From: a virus
DNA: 64,000 nt
IMG/VR virus record: IMGVR_UViG_3300046507_000282
Span: 1 to 64,000 of that record
Reading direction: 5' to 3' (one strand)
Every line of letters starts with the position of its first letter. Position 1 is the first letter of the stretch. The notes under the pieces are model-generated. The model saw nothing but the letters and a program-made list of their open reading frames with translations, did not search any database and was not told the origin of the DNA. Below are positions 18,712 to 27,872 of this stretch, piece by piece. The position numbers were made by a program, and so were the translations under genes.

Positions 18712-19407
18712 TTAAGGGAACAGCTTCTTCAGGTTCTTCATGGTCAGCTTGCCCGTCTTGTAGCAGCCCGTATCCACGTAATACGTGTTTCCAAGGCTCG
18801 TCACTCGTTCGACGGGGGTATGACCTACGACTACCGCGTGGACGCCGCCAATGAGGCTGTCATCGAGCCGGTCGATCCTTCCGCGCGACCATATGGCCGT
18901 ATTGCGGATGGCCTGCGCCTGCATCGGCGGATATTTGTCGGCAAGCTCGGGCAATTGGGACTGGCGGAACGTGTCCCAGTGATCGAACGGGCACTGTGCA
19001 TGCACGATGCCAACCGTACGACCGCCGCCAATCTCTACCTCGATGGCGAGCGGCATGTTCAGCATCGCGTCAGCAAGAGCGACGCGCTCGGGATTCGTCT
19101 TGCCGACCATCCACGCGCCACCGATCCCGACGTACCAGTTCACATCGCGCAACGCGCCCATGGCGTACATGATCCCGGCGTCCTCATGGTTCCCCATGAC
19201 GGATACGAACCACGGCTCATCTAGCAGCTTCAGCGCACCCTCTGAGTCGCTGCCACGGTCAACCAGGTCGCCGGTTGCAAAGATGCGATCAACCGACGGG
19301 TCGAAGCGCTTTTCGTCCATCTTTGCGTGCAGAGCGTCAACGCATCCGTGCAAATCGCCAATGACGAAGTCGCGCCCGCGCGTGTTTTCAGGGTAGACAG
19401 GGATCAT
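18712..19407 (-). CDS. Ser/Thr protein phosphatase (NinI/PphA-like metallophosphoesterase)
   Basis: GDLHG, GDLVDRG, GNHE, GHT, DTG motifs. Confidence 0.93.
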   Translation of the reverse strand: MIPVYPENTRGRDFVIGDLHGCVDALHAKMDEKRFDPSVDRIFATGDLVDRGSDSEGALKLLDEPWFVSVMGNHEDAGIMYAMGALRDVNWYVGIGGAWMVGKTNPERVALADAMLNMPLAIEVEIGGGRTVGIVHAQCPFDHWDTFRQSQLPELADKYPPMQAQAIRNTAIWSRGRIDRLDDSLIGGVHAVVVGHTPVERVTSLGNTYYVDTGCYKTGKLTMKNLKKLFP

Positions 19408-19567
19408 GCAAAGTACTTCCCGATATAGAACATGGCGAAAGGGACGCCGACGAATACCCACCACTGCCAATTGCGCAGGCCGATGCGCCGACTGCAAAGA
19501 GCGCAACCGACTGCGGACCACGATATCGTCACAGCCGCGATGCCGAGCAGTTTGTGCAGCACCATCG

Positions 19568-20170
19568 CTATGCCTTCATCAAGTCGAGCAGAGCCAAGCC
19601 TGCGGTCACGTCCTCCTCGCGCATTTCCTGCCAGCGCTGCAGCGTGTCGATAGCTTCCTTCACGTCTTGCCCGATGTCCTTACCCGCGCCGCGCCCGCCT
19701 GCGACCATCAGCTTTTTGATGGCGTGGCCCAGCGCCTGGTCGGTGATACCGAACAGCGAGAGGATGCGGTAGATATCGACGGCGTCGTACGGGCACTTGC
19801 GGAAGTAGTGTGAGTGCTCACGCTCGGACAGGTTGACGAGCGCGGGCTTGAACTTCAGGCGCGTGCGCTCCTCCAGAAACTCACCTTGCGAGAGGTTGCC
19901 GGGCGCGTGCGGCGTCACGGGGATGCCAATGAAGCGCTCGGTCTGCGCGCTCATGGTCTCGCCCTTCACGGTGCGCGGCTTGTCGTTCTCGTTGGCGTAG
20001 CTGGCCCTCGGTTCGCCCTTCGCGATCTCGGTATCGAGCCATGCGATGCACGCCTTGGTCGAACGCAGCACGTTGGCAGCAGTCAGGTTATTGAACGTGT
20101 TGCGCATCGCCTTCAGGTCGTCCAGCTTGACTCCGATAGTGTCCGAATACGCGCTTTTATTTTCGGTCAT
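19568..20170 (-). CDS. Protein with C-terminal DUF3310-like domain
   Basis: HSHY...DIYRIL...HAIKKL..AGGRG.KD. Confidence 0.7.
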   Translation of the reverse strand: MTENKSAYSDTIGVKLDDLKAMRNTFNNLTAANVLRSTKACIAWLDTEIAKGEPRASYANENDKPRTVKGETMSAQTERFIGIPVTPHAPGNLSQGEFLEERTRLKFKPALVNLSEREHSHYFRKCPYDAVDIYRILSLFGITDQALGHAIKKLMVAGGRGAGKDIGQDVKEAIDTLQRWQEMREEDVTAGLALLDLMKA

Positions 20171-20210
20171 GTCCAAATGTTTCTCAGGTATAGATTTCGT
20201 ACAGTGTTGC

Positions 20211-20489
20211 TTAGGGCTGTTCGGAAACGGTCGATTGCGGACAGATAGCGCGGTGTTTGACGCGGCCATTGCGGGCCAGCATCGCGGTTACTTCCGGGTT
20301 CGCGCAGCCGCATGATTTGCTCCACCCCTGCACCAGGCTATCCGAACGAACGACAAGGCCACTCAGGCACTCGCATACGCATTCCCAATACTGACCGCGC
20401 CCCTTGGAACCTTCTGGGCGCGGAACGGGACCTACGACAAGCAAGCGCCCGAACGTCTGGCCGGTTAGGTCTTTGACGTACGGGTGCAT
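20211..20489 (-). CDS. Zn-binding domain of the AP2/HNH-associated type (possibly truncated)
   Basis: DLTGQTFGRLLV...WECVCEC...SKSCGC. Confidence 0.65.
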   Translation of the reverse strand: MHPYVKDLTGQTFGRLLVVGPVPRPEGSKGRGQYWECVCECLSGLVVRSDSLVQGWSKSCGCANPEVTAMLARNGRVKHRAICPQSTVSEQP

Positions 20490-20491
20490 GG

Positions 20492-20686
20492 CTACTCCTT
20501 CATGTTGAAGTCGAAACGCCACGACAGGCTAATCGAGCAGTCGCGATCCATGGCGCGCAGCGAGCGCTCAATGGCGGCAATGCGAGGCTTGTGCGCAGCT
20601 TCTATCTCTGACAGAAACGATGCAATGCACCGCTCTGTCAGACGCCCGTCATCGCCGAACTCAGGCGGCGTTTTGAGCGTCGTCAT
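20492..20686 (-). CDS. Hypothetical protein
   Basis: Tight operon packing. Confidence 0.55.
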   Translation of the reverse strand: MTTLKTPPEFGDDGRLTERCIASFLSEIEAAHKPRIAAIERSLRAMDRDCSISLSWRFDFNMKE

Positions 20687-21235
20687 TTACATGCCCGAAC
20701 GATCAAGCTGCTCGTACGGAACCGGCAGCGTGAGAATGCTCGGCTCGCTGCGCACCGGCAGCACCTTGCCTGCGGTCGTCAGGCACATCAGCAGCGTGCC
20801 CTCGGATGTGGCCGGCGAATACAGCCCAGTCGGATCGGCCTGGCCCACGACGGCGGTCGCAATGCCGCTGTTGCCCGTGTATTTCCATTCGCTTTGCAGC
20901 GGGTTCGTGTACTGCGTTCCCTCGTTGAAGCCGTAGCCCTGCGAGCGGCACAGCGGCACGGCCTTGCCGCTCAGGTTAACGATATAGCTGTACGTGATCA
21001 GGTTCGGCTGATCGAAGGCTTCGATGATGCTCTTAAGCTGTTTTTTTTGATTGAAATTGGTGATGTTCGGCATGCCCACGGTTGCCTGCGACTCGGCGCT
21101 CAGTTGCGCCTGTGCGCGTTGCTCGCGCTGATTGGCAGTCGGCGGCGTCGAGCCGTCGCACGATTCAGCGGTCAGGACGAAGAAAGCGCCGACGGCGATG
21201 GCGGATACGGCGAGGAGGCGGCGTGCTTTTTGCAT
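20687..21235 (-). CDS. Exported/lipoprotein-like phage protein
   Basis: Signal peptide followed by Cys; QYTNP, DPTGLYSP. Confidence 0.7.
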   Translation of the reverse strand: MQKARRLLAVSAIAVGAFFVLTAESCDGSTPPTANQREQRAQAQLSAESQATVGMPNITNFNQKKQLKSIIEAFDQPNLITYSYIVNLSGKAVPLCRSQGYGFNEGTQYTNPLQSEWKYTGNSGIATAVVGQADPTGLYSPATSEGTLLMCLTTAGKVLPVRSEPSILTLPVPYEQLDRSGM

Positions 21236-21237
21236 GA

Positions 21238-21567
21238 TTAACGAAGGGATTGGACAAACGATTGAACATCGGAAGGGAGCGGGCAGGCGTCGCTGTTTTG
21301 CGACTCTGCATCCTGCAGCACACGCTGGCGCAGAACAGCCTTACCAGCGGCGTCTGCAGTGCCGTACTGGTCCTGGTACTGGCGAATCTCGCGGGCCATG
21401 CCGTCGCTATGCGACTGCGAGCATTCGAACGTGTTGTGGCGCACTTGCTCCTCGCGCGGTGCGTAGTGAGCGTCCATGCGCAGCGCGAACTCGCGGCCAT
21501 AGATGCCCAGCAGCGATATAGCGACGATCACGCCGACGATGGCGAGAAAGCCTTTGATGAAGTCCAT
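21238..21567 (-). CDS. Membrane-anchored phage protein
   Basis: N-terminal TM; adjacent to the lipoprotein-like gene. Confidence 0.7.
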   Translation of the reverse strand: MDFIKGFLAIVGVIVAISLLGIYGREFALRMDAHYAPREEQVRHNTFECSQSHSDGMAREIRQYQDQYGTADAAGKAVLRQRVLQDAESQNSDACPLPSDVQSFVQSLR

Positions 21568-21684
21568 AGTCTCTCTTGTGGTTAGTGAATCGTTTTGCGG
21601 CCCGGCAGCGACGTGTTAGGCGGCCACGGTTGAGGCCAATTGAACGGTTGCGGCGCGGGCGCGGCGGGCGGGATCGGAATCTGT

Positions 21685-22221
21685 TTAGGCAGCACTCGGA
21701 GCCTCGTAAATCACCTTGTAGGCGACGCAGTCGTATTGCGTAGCCTCTGCGGAGTGCAGGCCGGGCAGCGCGGTCGCGTTGTACCAGCGAACGCTATCAG
21801 CCGGGCGTGGCTGGGTTACCTCGCCGTTGCGCTTGCGGATGATGACCTTCTCATGCGGAAGCAGTGGCTGCGGGCCGCCGTCGTGATCGGTCCACGGCTC
21901 ATCGAGGAGCCAATCAATCCACGCCAGACGAGCGGCGCGCAGCGTGTCTGTATGCACGCGGCGGCGAACCTTTGTCGATAACCAGTCTTCGAGACCGTAA
22001 CGGGCCTTGCGGCTGCTCGCTCCCGCGTTAAGCGCGCCCATGATGAAAATGCTTAGGCGGCAGCGCGAGTCACTCACTTCGGCGTGGCGGCTTTTGGGCA
22101 TCGTCTTCGTGAGTTCGACGGCGGCGTCAACAAGCGCGAAGCAAATGCGACTCGTCTTGCCGGAAGCGATCAGCTTGCGCGAGTCGATAAACAGGCGGCG
22201 CTCAATCTGATTCAGTGCCAT
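21685..22221 (-). CDS. Hypothetical protein
   Basis: Coupled to upstream ORF; RLAWIDWL. Confidence 0.6.
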   Translation of the reverse strand: MALNQIERRLFIDSRKLIASGKTSRICFALVDAAVELTKTMPKSRHAEVSDSRCRLSIFIMGALNAGASSRKARYGLEDWLSTKVRRRVHTDTLRAARLAWIDWLLDEPWTDHDGGPQPLLPHEKVIIRKRNGEVTQPRPADSVRWYNATALPGLHSAEATQYDCVAYKVIYEAPSAA

Positions 22222-22427
22222 CAGAAGCCCCCATGAAAGTACGTGTACATGGCGGCACTCAGAACTGCGCCGATGATGGCACCACAAGCAGCGGCGCTCA
22301 GTTTGTCATTGCGTACGCGGCGAGCTTTGCGCTTTGCTTCCGCTTGCGCGATCTCAATGCGGGCGCGTTCGGCAAGGAGGTCGCCCCTACTGTGCGCTGT
22401 CACGGCGCGGAACTCTGCGAGGTTCAT
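22221..22427 (-). CDS. Small protein with C-terminal TM
   Basis: AAGG RBS, hydrophobic C-terminus. Confidence 0.55.
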   Translation of the reverse strand: MNLAEFRAVTAHSRGDLLAERARIEIAQAEAKRKARRVRNDKLSAAACGAIIGAVLSAAMYTYFHGGF

Positions 22428-22596
22428 TTCGAAGCCTTGTAGGTCGTTTGGGCAGTCAGGTCGATAGCGTTGCGACCAGTCACCGATGCGGCATCGGCGA
22501 TAGCGCCAGATTCAGTGAAGCACCGACACGAATGCACCAGCACACCGGCGCGGTCGTACACGTACCACCATGTTTGCGATGCGTGGTTTCCCATGG

Positions 22597-22788
22597 TCAC
22601 TCAGCCCTCGTAGAGCGCGCGGTGAGCTTCTCGAAATCCAAGCTGCGCTCACGCGCGATCTCGCGGCGGGCGGCCTCTTCGTGGTAGCAGCCGTGCGAGC
22701 CGAGATACTTGCCATCGGCGTCGTACACGAAGAACTTGCGCCAGCCGTTAGGTATGCGTACGGCGGGCAGATCGCGGACTGACGGCAT
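22597..22788 (-). CDS. Hypothetical protein
   Basis: GAGGAG RBS, operon position. Confidence 0.55.
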   Translation of the reverse strand: MPSVRDLPAVRIPNGWRKFFVYDADGKYLGSHGCYHEEAARREIARERSLDFEKLTARSTRAE

Positions 22789-22790
22789 GC

Positions 22791-23165
22791 TTACTCCTCG
22801 ATCTCGACGGGCACAGCAACGGCGAGAACCTTCCATGTGGTCTCGCGCAGGTTGTCCTCTGCGTCGCCCTTGTCTTTGTACGCGACGGCCTTGTACGCGT
22901 CCGATTCGCCGTCAATCGGCTTGTCGAAAATCTGCACGTACACCGTGCGCTTCTTCGGGGCCATGAACAGGTCTTCAGGGCGCTCGCAGCCGCCTATGTA
23001 AGCGCCGTCTTTGGCATGTGAGCGAAGCACGCCACCAACGATAGCAATGCACGAATACGCGTTGCCGTTCGTCGTTTCGAAGTGGTGAAATTCGTCAACC
23101 GAATCACCACAGCGCGTCACCAGCTTCTCGCCGCGCTTAGCGGCTTCAAGATTGAATGGCTTCAT
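22791..23165 (-). CDS. Phage protein (KPFNLEAAK..LVTR family), paralog 1
   Basis: Similar to 23166..23543. Confidence 0.75.
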   Translation of the reverse strand: MKPFNLEAAKRGEKLVTRCGDSVDEFHHFETTNGNAYSCIAIVGGVLRSHAKDGAYIGGCERPEDLFMAPKKRTVYVQIFDKPIDGESDAYKAVAYKDKGDAEDNLRETTWKVLAVAVPVEIEE

Positions 23166-23543
23166 TTAAACCTCAATCTCAATCGGAAGGGCGCGGACCA
23201 AAACAGGCATTTCATTGCGGTCTGCGTTCGTTTCGGCAGCGCTCTTGTTGTCGAACACGTACGAGTTATTCCCCTCGTAGCTGCCATTGCTGCTGCCGTA
23301 CACGTTCAGATACTTCGTGACGGCCTTCGGGGCCATGAACAGGTCGCGCGACGATTCTTCGCCGCTCGCGTAGAACATGCCATCTTCGCGGAACCAGCTA
23401 GCGTTGCCGTTATCGCCAATGTAAGCGGCGCACAGCTGCTTTGAGTTGTCGCACTCGAAATGGTGAAATCCTTTCACTTCGCGGCCATCGCGAGTCACCA
23501 GCTTTGCGCCAGCCTTTTCGGCGGCGAGATCAAACGGCTTCAT
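23166..23543 (-). CDS. Phage protein (KPFDLAAEK..LVTR family), paralog 2
   Basis: Similar to 22791..23165 (FHHFE, DLFMAPK). Confidence 0.75.
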   Translation of the reverse strand: MKPFDLAAEKAGAKLVTRDGREVKGFHHFECDNSKQLCAAYIGDNGNASWFREDGMFYASGEESSRDLFMAPKAVTKYLNVYGSSNGSYEGNNSYVFDNKSAAETNADRNEMPVLVRALPIEIEV

Positions 23544-23768
23544 TAACGGGGGTCCTTCTGTTGTACGCACGACGGGCACTGGGCCACGTGCGGCGCGTTG
23601 ATATGAGTGCATGCCGGGCATTTCCAGCCGGTCGGCACTGCTGCAGGGGTTGCCTTTTGCAGGGCGTCGAAGCCCTTCGGCAAGTCATCGATACGGAACA
23701 CGTTGATTCTCCGGTTAGGCAGAATCCACGGTTCGTTATGGGATTCTGCGCCACGACCCGAATACTAC

Positions 23769-23785
23769 TCTGCTCGTAGCGCAGA
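23769..23785. promoter_or_regulatory. Putative operator TCTGC-N7-GCAGA
   Basis: Perfect palindrome, intergenic. Confidence 0.65.
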
Positions 23786-23802
23786 TTCAAGCGGAAAATG
23801 AA

Positions 23803-24303
23803 TCAGGTCTGCTCGTTGTACTTCTGCCCACAATGCGGGCACGTCGGGCGGTCATCTTCGGCCTTCTCGGGCTCAGGGTCCGGTAGCTCGGGATTGATCA
23901 GGTCGTTTAGCTCGACTTCATCGAAGCCGGTCAGCGACAGATCGCAGCCAGCCGCACCGAGTTCGAGCACTTCCAGCTTGAGCACTTCCAAGTCCCAGCC
24001 GCCGTTCAGCGTCAGCTTGTTGTCGGCGATCACGTACAGGCGCTGCTGCTCGGGCGTCAGGTGCGTGACATCGATGACCGGCACGCGCTTGATGCGCAGG
24101 TGCAGCGCGGCCAGCCGGCGGCCATGCCCGGCAAGAATCAGGTTGCTCGCGCCAACGATGATCGGGTTCGTCCATCCGAACTCGACAATCGACGCGGCGA
24201 TTTGCTCCACCTGCTCGTCGCTGTGCGTCCGCGCGTTGCGGTCGTAGGGCACGAGATCGGCCACGTCCACCAGGCGCGGCAGAATCAGTTCAACGGACTT
24301 CAT
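23803..24303 (-). CDS. ParB/Srx N-terminal domain protein
   Basis: PYDRNARTH..QVEQIAASI.EFGW.NPI, AGHGR, IADNKL, C-terminal CPHCG. Confidence 0.88.
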   Translation of the reverse strand: MKSVELILPRLVDVADLVPYDRNARTHSDEQVEQIAASIVEFGWTNPIIVGASNLILAGHGRRLAALHLRIKRVPVIDVTHLTPEQQRLYVIADNKLTLNGGWDLEVLKLEVLELGAAGCDLSLTGFDEVELNDLINPELPDPEPEKAEDDRPTCPHCGQKYNEQT

Positions 24304-24590
24304 GATTGCTGCACTCCATACTTGACAAGACCAAACCAAACGCCGTCTTCGCAACCATGCCCAGCGAATGAGTTTACCGGGAAGAAGGCATCATCCGCCA
24401 CTTCATCGCCCGCGCACACGATCAGGAATTCCATAGCCTGCAGGCGGGCCTCGTTCGGGTCCACCCATACCCACGCATACGGCGAGCCTTCCCACGTCCC
24501 AATGCGCGCTACAAAGCACGCATACGGCAGCATTTCATGCCTCACCTGCCCGCGCGATTCGAGCAACACCTTGCGAATGACCCTAGCCAT
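24300..24590 (-). CDS. Hypothetical phage protein
   Basis: Coupled ORF; weak similarity to its neighbour. Confidence 0.6.
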   Translation of the reverse strand: MARVIRKVLLESRGQVRHEMLPYACFVARIGTWEGSPYAWVWVDPNEARLQAMEFLIVCAGDEVADDAFFPVNSFAGHGCEDGVWFGLVKYGVQQS

Positions 24591-24861
24591 TGATGCGGCC
24601 CACCACGAACAGCTTCGCGCCCAGGTTCACGCGGTCGTCCACTATGCCGATGAACTGCATGCCTCCATTGAACGACTCACCCTCGCGAACGACTTGCACT
24701 TCCCAGTAGGTTTGACCGCTCCCCCACGCCTGCCCTTCGGCGTACGCGAATAGTTGATCGCCCTCGTAACCGACGGCTACGAACTTCGAGCCGAACGGCA
24801 CTGGCACGCTTGTATAGCCGCCCATGCTTGCCGAGAGCGCATGTTTTTGAATCGTCTTCAC
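24583..24861 (-). CDS. Hypothetical phage protein
   Basis: Coupled ORF. Confidence 0.6.
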   Translation of the reverse strand: MKTIQKHALSASMGGYTSVPVPFGSKFVAVGYEGDQLFAYAEGQAWGSGQTYWEVQVVREGESFNGGMQFIGIVDDRVNLGAKLFVVGRING

Positions 24862-26213
24862 AGAAAACCCCTTCCAAGTTCGTTGTTGAGATACTGCTTG
24901 AGGCGAAGCCCGATCCAGCCCATTACTGGCGTCGCCATCGAGTTGCCGATTGCCTTGTAACGCGGCCCATCCGCAGCGGGTTTGCCGCGGTGAGGCACGA
25001 GCGTGTAGCCATCCGGAAAGCCCTGCAGGCGCTCACACTCGACCGGCATCAGGCGGCGCACGCGCAGCCCGGATAGCGCGACAGGAGCCGCGCGAGAGCG
25101 ATCCTGGCTAGTGGTCAGGGTGCGAGCTACTGCGACCTCCTCAAACGTCCCTTCCTTGTAGTCAACGGCGCTGAATGCCACCGGCACGATAGGCTGACCG
25201 CGCCCCGTGCAATCCTCGCTCGCGTCGAATCCTTCAGCCTTCAGCGTATGAGTGATATCGCCGGTCACGCATACGGCAAGCGCGTCACCACCATCGCCGC
25301 GCGGTCGCTCCACGCCGCTCGTAATGGTCGGCGCGACTTCCGTAATGAATGTCTCGGTCTCGTAGTCGATCCGCCCCATACCGCCCGCGTTCAAGCAGTG
25401 TGATATGTCGCCCGTCGAAGCGATCAGGTGTCCAGCTTGGGCCTGGTTGTCGTCTGCGCCACATGTTCCAACGCCGTTTGCAGTGAGTGCGGCAACGTGC
25501 GTTTGCGATTCGCGGCGCGGCGCAGAATCCCGGCGCACGCCGTCCCACTCAAAAAGTACTGCGCTGGGATCGAAACCCTTACGAGCACTTGCGACAACGA
25601 AGACACGCTTGCGTTGTTGAGCCAAACCTGCATATTGGGCATCCAGGGTGCGCCATGCGACTGCGCGCTTGGGTCCAAGCACAAAACCAGCGTGCGCCCA
25701 TTTTTTCCCTGGCGCGACGAGGGGCACTTCTTCGCCGGCAAGCCCTGCAAGGAAGCATCCAAATGCGTTGTCTTTGGTTGAGAGGACGCCGGGGACGTTT
25801 TCCCACACGGCGATACAGGGAGGAAGTCCGGATCGTTGGCGAACAAAGTCGATTGCATCGAGGAGCCGCATGTAAGTAAGGGTCAACTGGCCGCGGTCGT
25901 CATCGAGAGCCTCGCGCAGGCCAGCAAGGGAGAACGCCTGGCATGGCGTACCGCCAACCAGCACGTCAGGGGCTTTGGCCTCGCCTACCAGGATGGCACG
26001 CGCGATCTTGCGCATGTCGCCGAGATTGGGGACAGCCGGATAGTGGTGTTTGAGCACGCTGCAGGGGTAAGCCTCAATCTCAGAGAACCATGCGGCTTTC
26101 ATGCCGAGCGGCTCCCATGCGACGGTCGCGGCCTCAATCCCACTGCACACAGATCCATAGGTAACAGCGGGCGGCATCGGATCGCGGCCCGTCTTCAGTT
26201 TTTTCCTCTTCAT
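24858..26213 (-). CDS. DNA (cytosine-5) methyltransferase
   Basis: SVCSGIE, GGTPCQAFS, WENVPG, QQRKRVF, RRLMPVECERLQGFP, IGNSM. Confidence 0.95.
   Translation of the reverse strand: MKRKKLKTGRDPMPPAVTYGSVCSGIEAATVAWEPLGMKAAWFSEIEAYPCSVLKHHYPAVPNLGDMRKIARAILVGEAKAPDVLVGGTPCQAFSLAGLREALDDDRGQLTLTYMRLLDAIDFVRQRSGLPPCIAVWENVPGVLSTKDNAFGCFLAGLAGEEVPLVAPGKKWAHAGFVLGPKRAVAWRTLDAQYAGLAQQRKRVFVVASARKGFDPSAVLFEWDGVRRDSAPRRESQTHVAALTANGVGTCGADDNQAQAGHLIASTGDISHCLNAGGMGRIDYETETFITEVAPTITSGVERPRGDGGDALAVCVTGDITHTLKAEGFDASEDCTGRGQPIVPVAFSAVDYKEGTFEEVAVARTLTTSQDRSRAAPVALSGLRVRRLMPVECERLQGFPDGYTLVPHRGKPAADGPRYKAIGNSMATPVMGWIGLRLKQYLNNELGRGFL
25424..25858 (-). CDS. Nested alternative-frame ORF resembling the beta polypeptide of EcoHK31I-type methyltransferases
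   Basis: SSLSQVL...YFLS..ACAGILRRA..R...LP..L..ALE in a second frame inside the MTase gene. Confidence 0.6.
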   Translation of the reverse strand: MQSTLFANDPDFLPVSPCGKTSPASSQPKTTHLDASLQGLPAKKCPSSRQGKNGRTLVLCLDPSAQSHGAPWMPNMQVWLNNASVSSLSQVLVRVSIPAQYFLSGTACAGILRRAANRKRTLPHSLQTALEHVAQTTTRPKLDT

Positions 26214-26455
26214 CTTTTGGTCTTGGGCTCGCGTTGAATTGCTTTCTTCAGTTCGACGGCGCAAACATCAGCCGCCTTGTCGCCATGGCTCGCGCGCACG
26301 GTCGCGATGATTGATTCGGACTGGCGATAGTCCCGGCGCTTGCCAGCCGCTACAGCGGCGTTAAAACGCGCCAGGCACGCCTCTTTGTCCCGATTCCATG
26401 CGTCCTCCTGCGCCTGTACCTCGGGCGGTACGGCGGGCCTTCCAAATAAGCTCAT
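26210..26455 (-). CDS. Hypothetical protein
   Basis: AAGGA RBS; ATGA overlap with the MTase. Confidence 0.7.
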   Translation of the reverse strand: MSLFGRPAVPPEVQAQEDAWNRDKEACLARFNAAVAAGKRRDYRQSESIIATVRASHGDKAADVCAVELKKAIQREPKTKR

Positions 26456-26492
26456 GGGGATTCCTTAAATCTGCGGGCGAAGCATATCACTT

Positions 26493-26509
26493 TCTGCTGT
26501 ACGCGCAGA
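26493..26509. promoter_or_regulatory. Putative operator TCTGC-N7-GCAGA
   Basis: Perfect palindrome; variant copy near 26470. Confidence 0.65.
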
Positions 26510-26529
26510 TTAGACCCCGCAAAAAAACA

Positions 26530-26635
26530 TGCGTACGAAACCGCTCGATTTCGACCACGCCGTCAGCAGGTGTCCGAAAATTACCCTTGACACATTCTGC
26601 ACATAAGGCAGAATACGGACATCCATTCCGAACAC
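26530..26635 (+). other. Putative res site of the adjacent resolvase (contains an operator at 26596-26612)
   Basis: Imperfect inverted subsites cgtacgaaa..tttcgacca, tgtccgaaa..ttgacaca, ..tacggaca. Confidence 0.45.
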
Positions 26636-26650
26636 CCCAGGAGATACCGA

Positions 26651-27229
26651 ATGCGCACCTTCCTCTACGCCCGTGTCAGCACCGCCGACCAAACCACGTC
26701 CAATCAAGTGTTGGAGGTAAGCGCTGCTGGCTTCGCAATAGAGCCCCATCGCGTCGTCAGCGAGTGTGTTAGTGGCAGCGTTCCAAGCGGCGAACGCGCG
26801 GGCTTCGTCAAGCTGCTCGACCGCCTTGAGACCGGCGACGTTCTCATAGTGACTAAGCTCGACCGGCTGGGCCGGAACGCGATGGACGTGCGCGCGACCG
26901 TTGAGAAGCTCGCCAACATGGGGGTTCGCGTCCACTGCCTCGCGCTCGGCGGAATCGATCTCTGCAGCCCAGCGGGGAAGATGACCATGGGCGTTATCAC
27001 GGCAGTCGCTGAGTTCGAGCGCGACCTGATCGTTGAACGGACGCAGGCCGGTCTCAAGCGCGCGATTGCAGAAGGGAAGAAGCTCGGACGCACCCCGGCG
27101 CTCAACGCGGAACAGCGGGCCACGGTCAAGGAACGCCTTGAGGCGGGAATCGCAATCGCCAGCATTGCTCGCGAATTCACAACGTCCCGCCAGACCATCA
27201 TGCGCGAGCGCGCCGCGCTGGCCGTTTGA
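26651..27229 (+). CDS. Small serine recombinase (resolvase/invertase)
   Basis: [34 protein letters not shown]-terminal HTH. Confidence 0.95.
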   Translation: MRTFLYARVSTADQTTSNQVLEVSAAGFAIEPHRVVSECVSGSVPSGERAGFVKLLDRLETGDVLIVTKLDRLGRNAMDVRATVEKLANMGVRVHCLALGGIDLCSPAGKMTMGVITAVAEFERDLIVERTQAGLKRAIAEGKKLGRTPALNAEQRATVKERLEAGIAIASIAREFTTSRQTIMRERAALAV

Positions 27230-27230
27230 G

Positions 27231-27872
27231 CTAGACAAGTTTGCCCCCTTCCTGTTGATGCACAATGATCGTGGCGGCGGGCGGCGCATCATTGCCACCG
27301 CCACCACCGCCCCGGCTTACCCCAATCCCCCACGCCTGGCGCTCGGCATCGTGCAGCGCCCTGAATGCCTCTGTGAGCGTCTTAGCGACGCGCGCATGTG
27401 TCAGACCATCCTTCGTACCCGCCTTCTTCACCGCGCCGTATAGCTGCGCGCGGATCGCCCCCAGTTCGTGCCGATGGCGTTCAATGAGCGCGACACGCTT
27501 CGACTCCGCGGCGTCGCGCACGATTTCAGTCACCTTGTGGGGCGGCGTCCCGTCGGGAATGACGGGCATCGAGCGATCTAATTCGGGTTCGCGGGGCTTG
27601 ACTTTTGGATCGGTCCCGTAAACCTCATTTCCTTGCGTCCCGACTTCTACGGAACTTTCTGTAACTTTAGAATCTGCAATGCGATGCACTTTCCCTTCAA
27701 TGGCAATCGCATCTGTTCCCTTCTGCCACTTCTCACGGATAGCCCGCTGGCGTACACCCTGCCGTGTCACGCCTAGCGACTGGGCGATTTCCTCGAACGT
27801 GATAACCGGGTCGGCTTCCCAAATTGCGCGGACCTTTGCCCACGTCTCTTTGCTAATCGTCGGCGCTGGCAT
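27231..27872 (-). CDS. terS: Terminase small subunit (probable)
   Basis: N-terminal HTH W..VR..WE...EIAQSLGVTRQGV..RA..EKW, helical core, ERQAWGI; late motif upstream. Confidence 0.7.
   Translation of the reverse strand: MPAPTISKETWAKVRAIWEADPVITFEEIAQSLGVTRQGVRQRAIREKWQKGTDAIAIEGKVHRIADSKVTESSVEVGTQGNEVYGTDPKVKPREPELDRSMPVIPDGTPPHKVTEIVRDAAESKRVALIERHRHELGAIRAQLYGAVKKAGTKDGLTHARVAKTLTEAFRALHDAERQAWGIGVSRGGGGGGNDAPPAATIIVHQQEGGKLV

Noticed and set aside
23803-24303. Plasmid partition system
   Set aside because: MTase-associated ParB-N type, with no HTH, no parA and no parS-like array in the window
26651-27229. Tail-fibre invertase (Gin/Cin-like)
   Set aside because: About 34 kb from the fibre genes, which are in direct orientation with no inverted crossover sites seen
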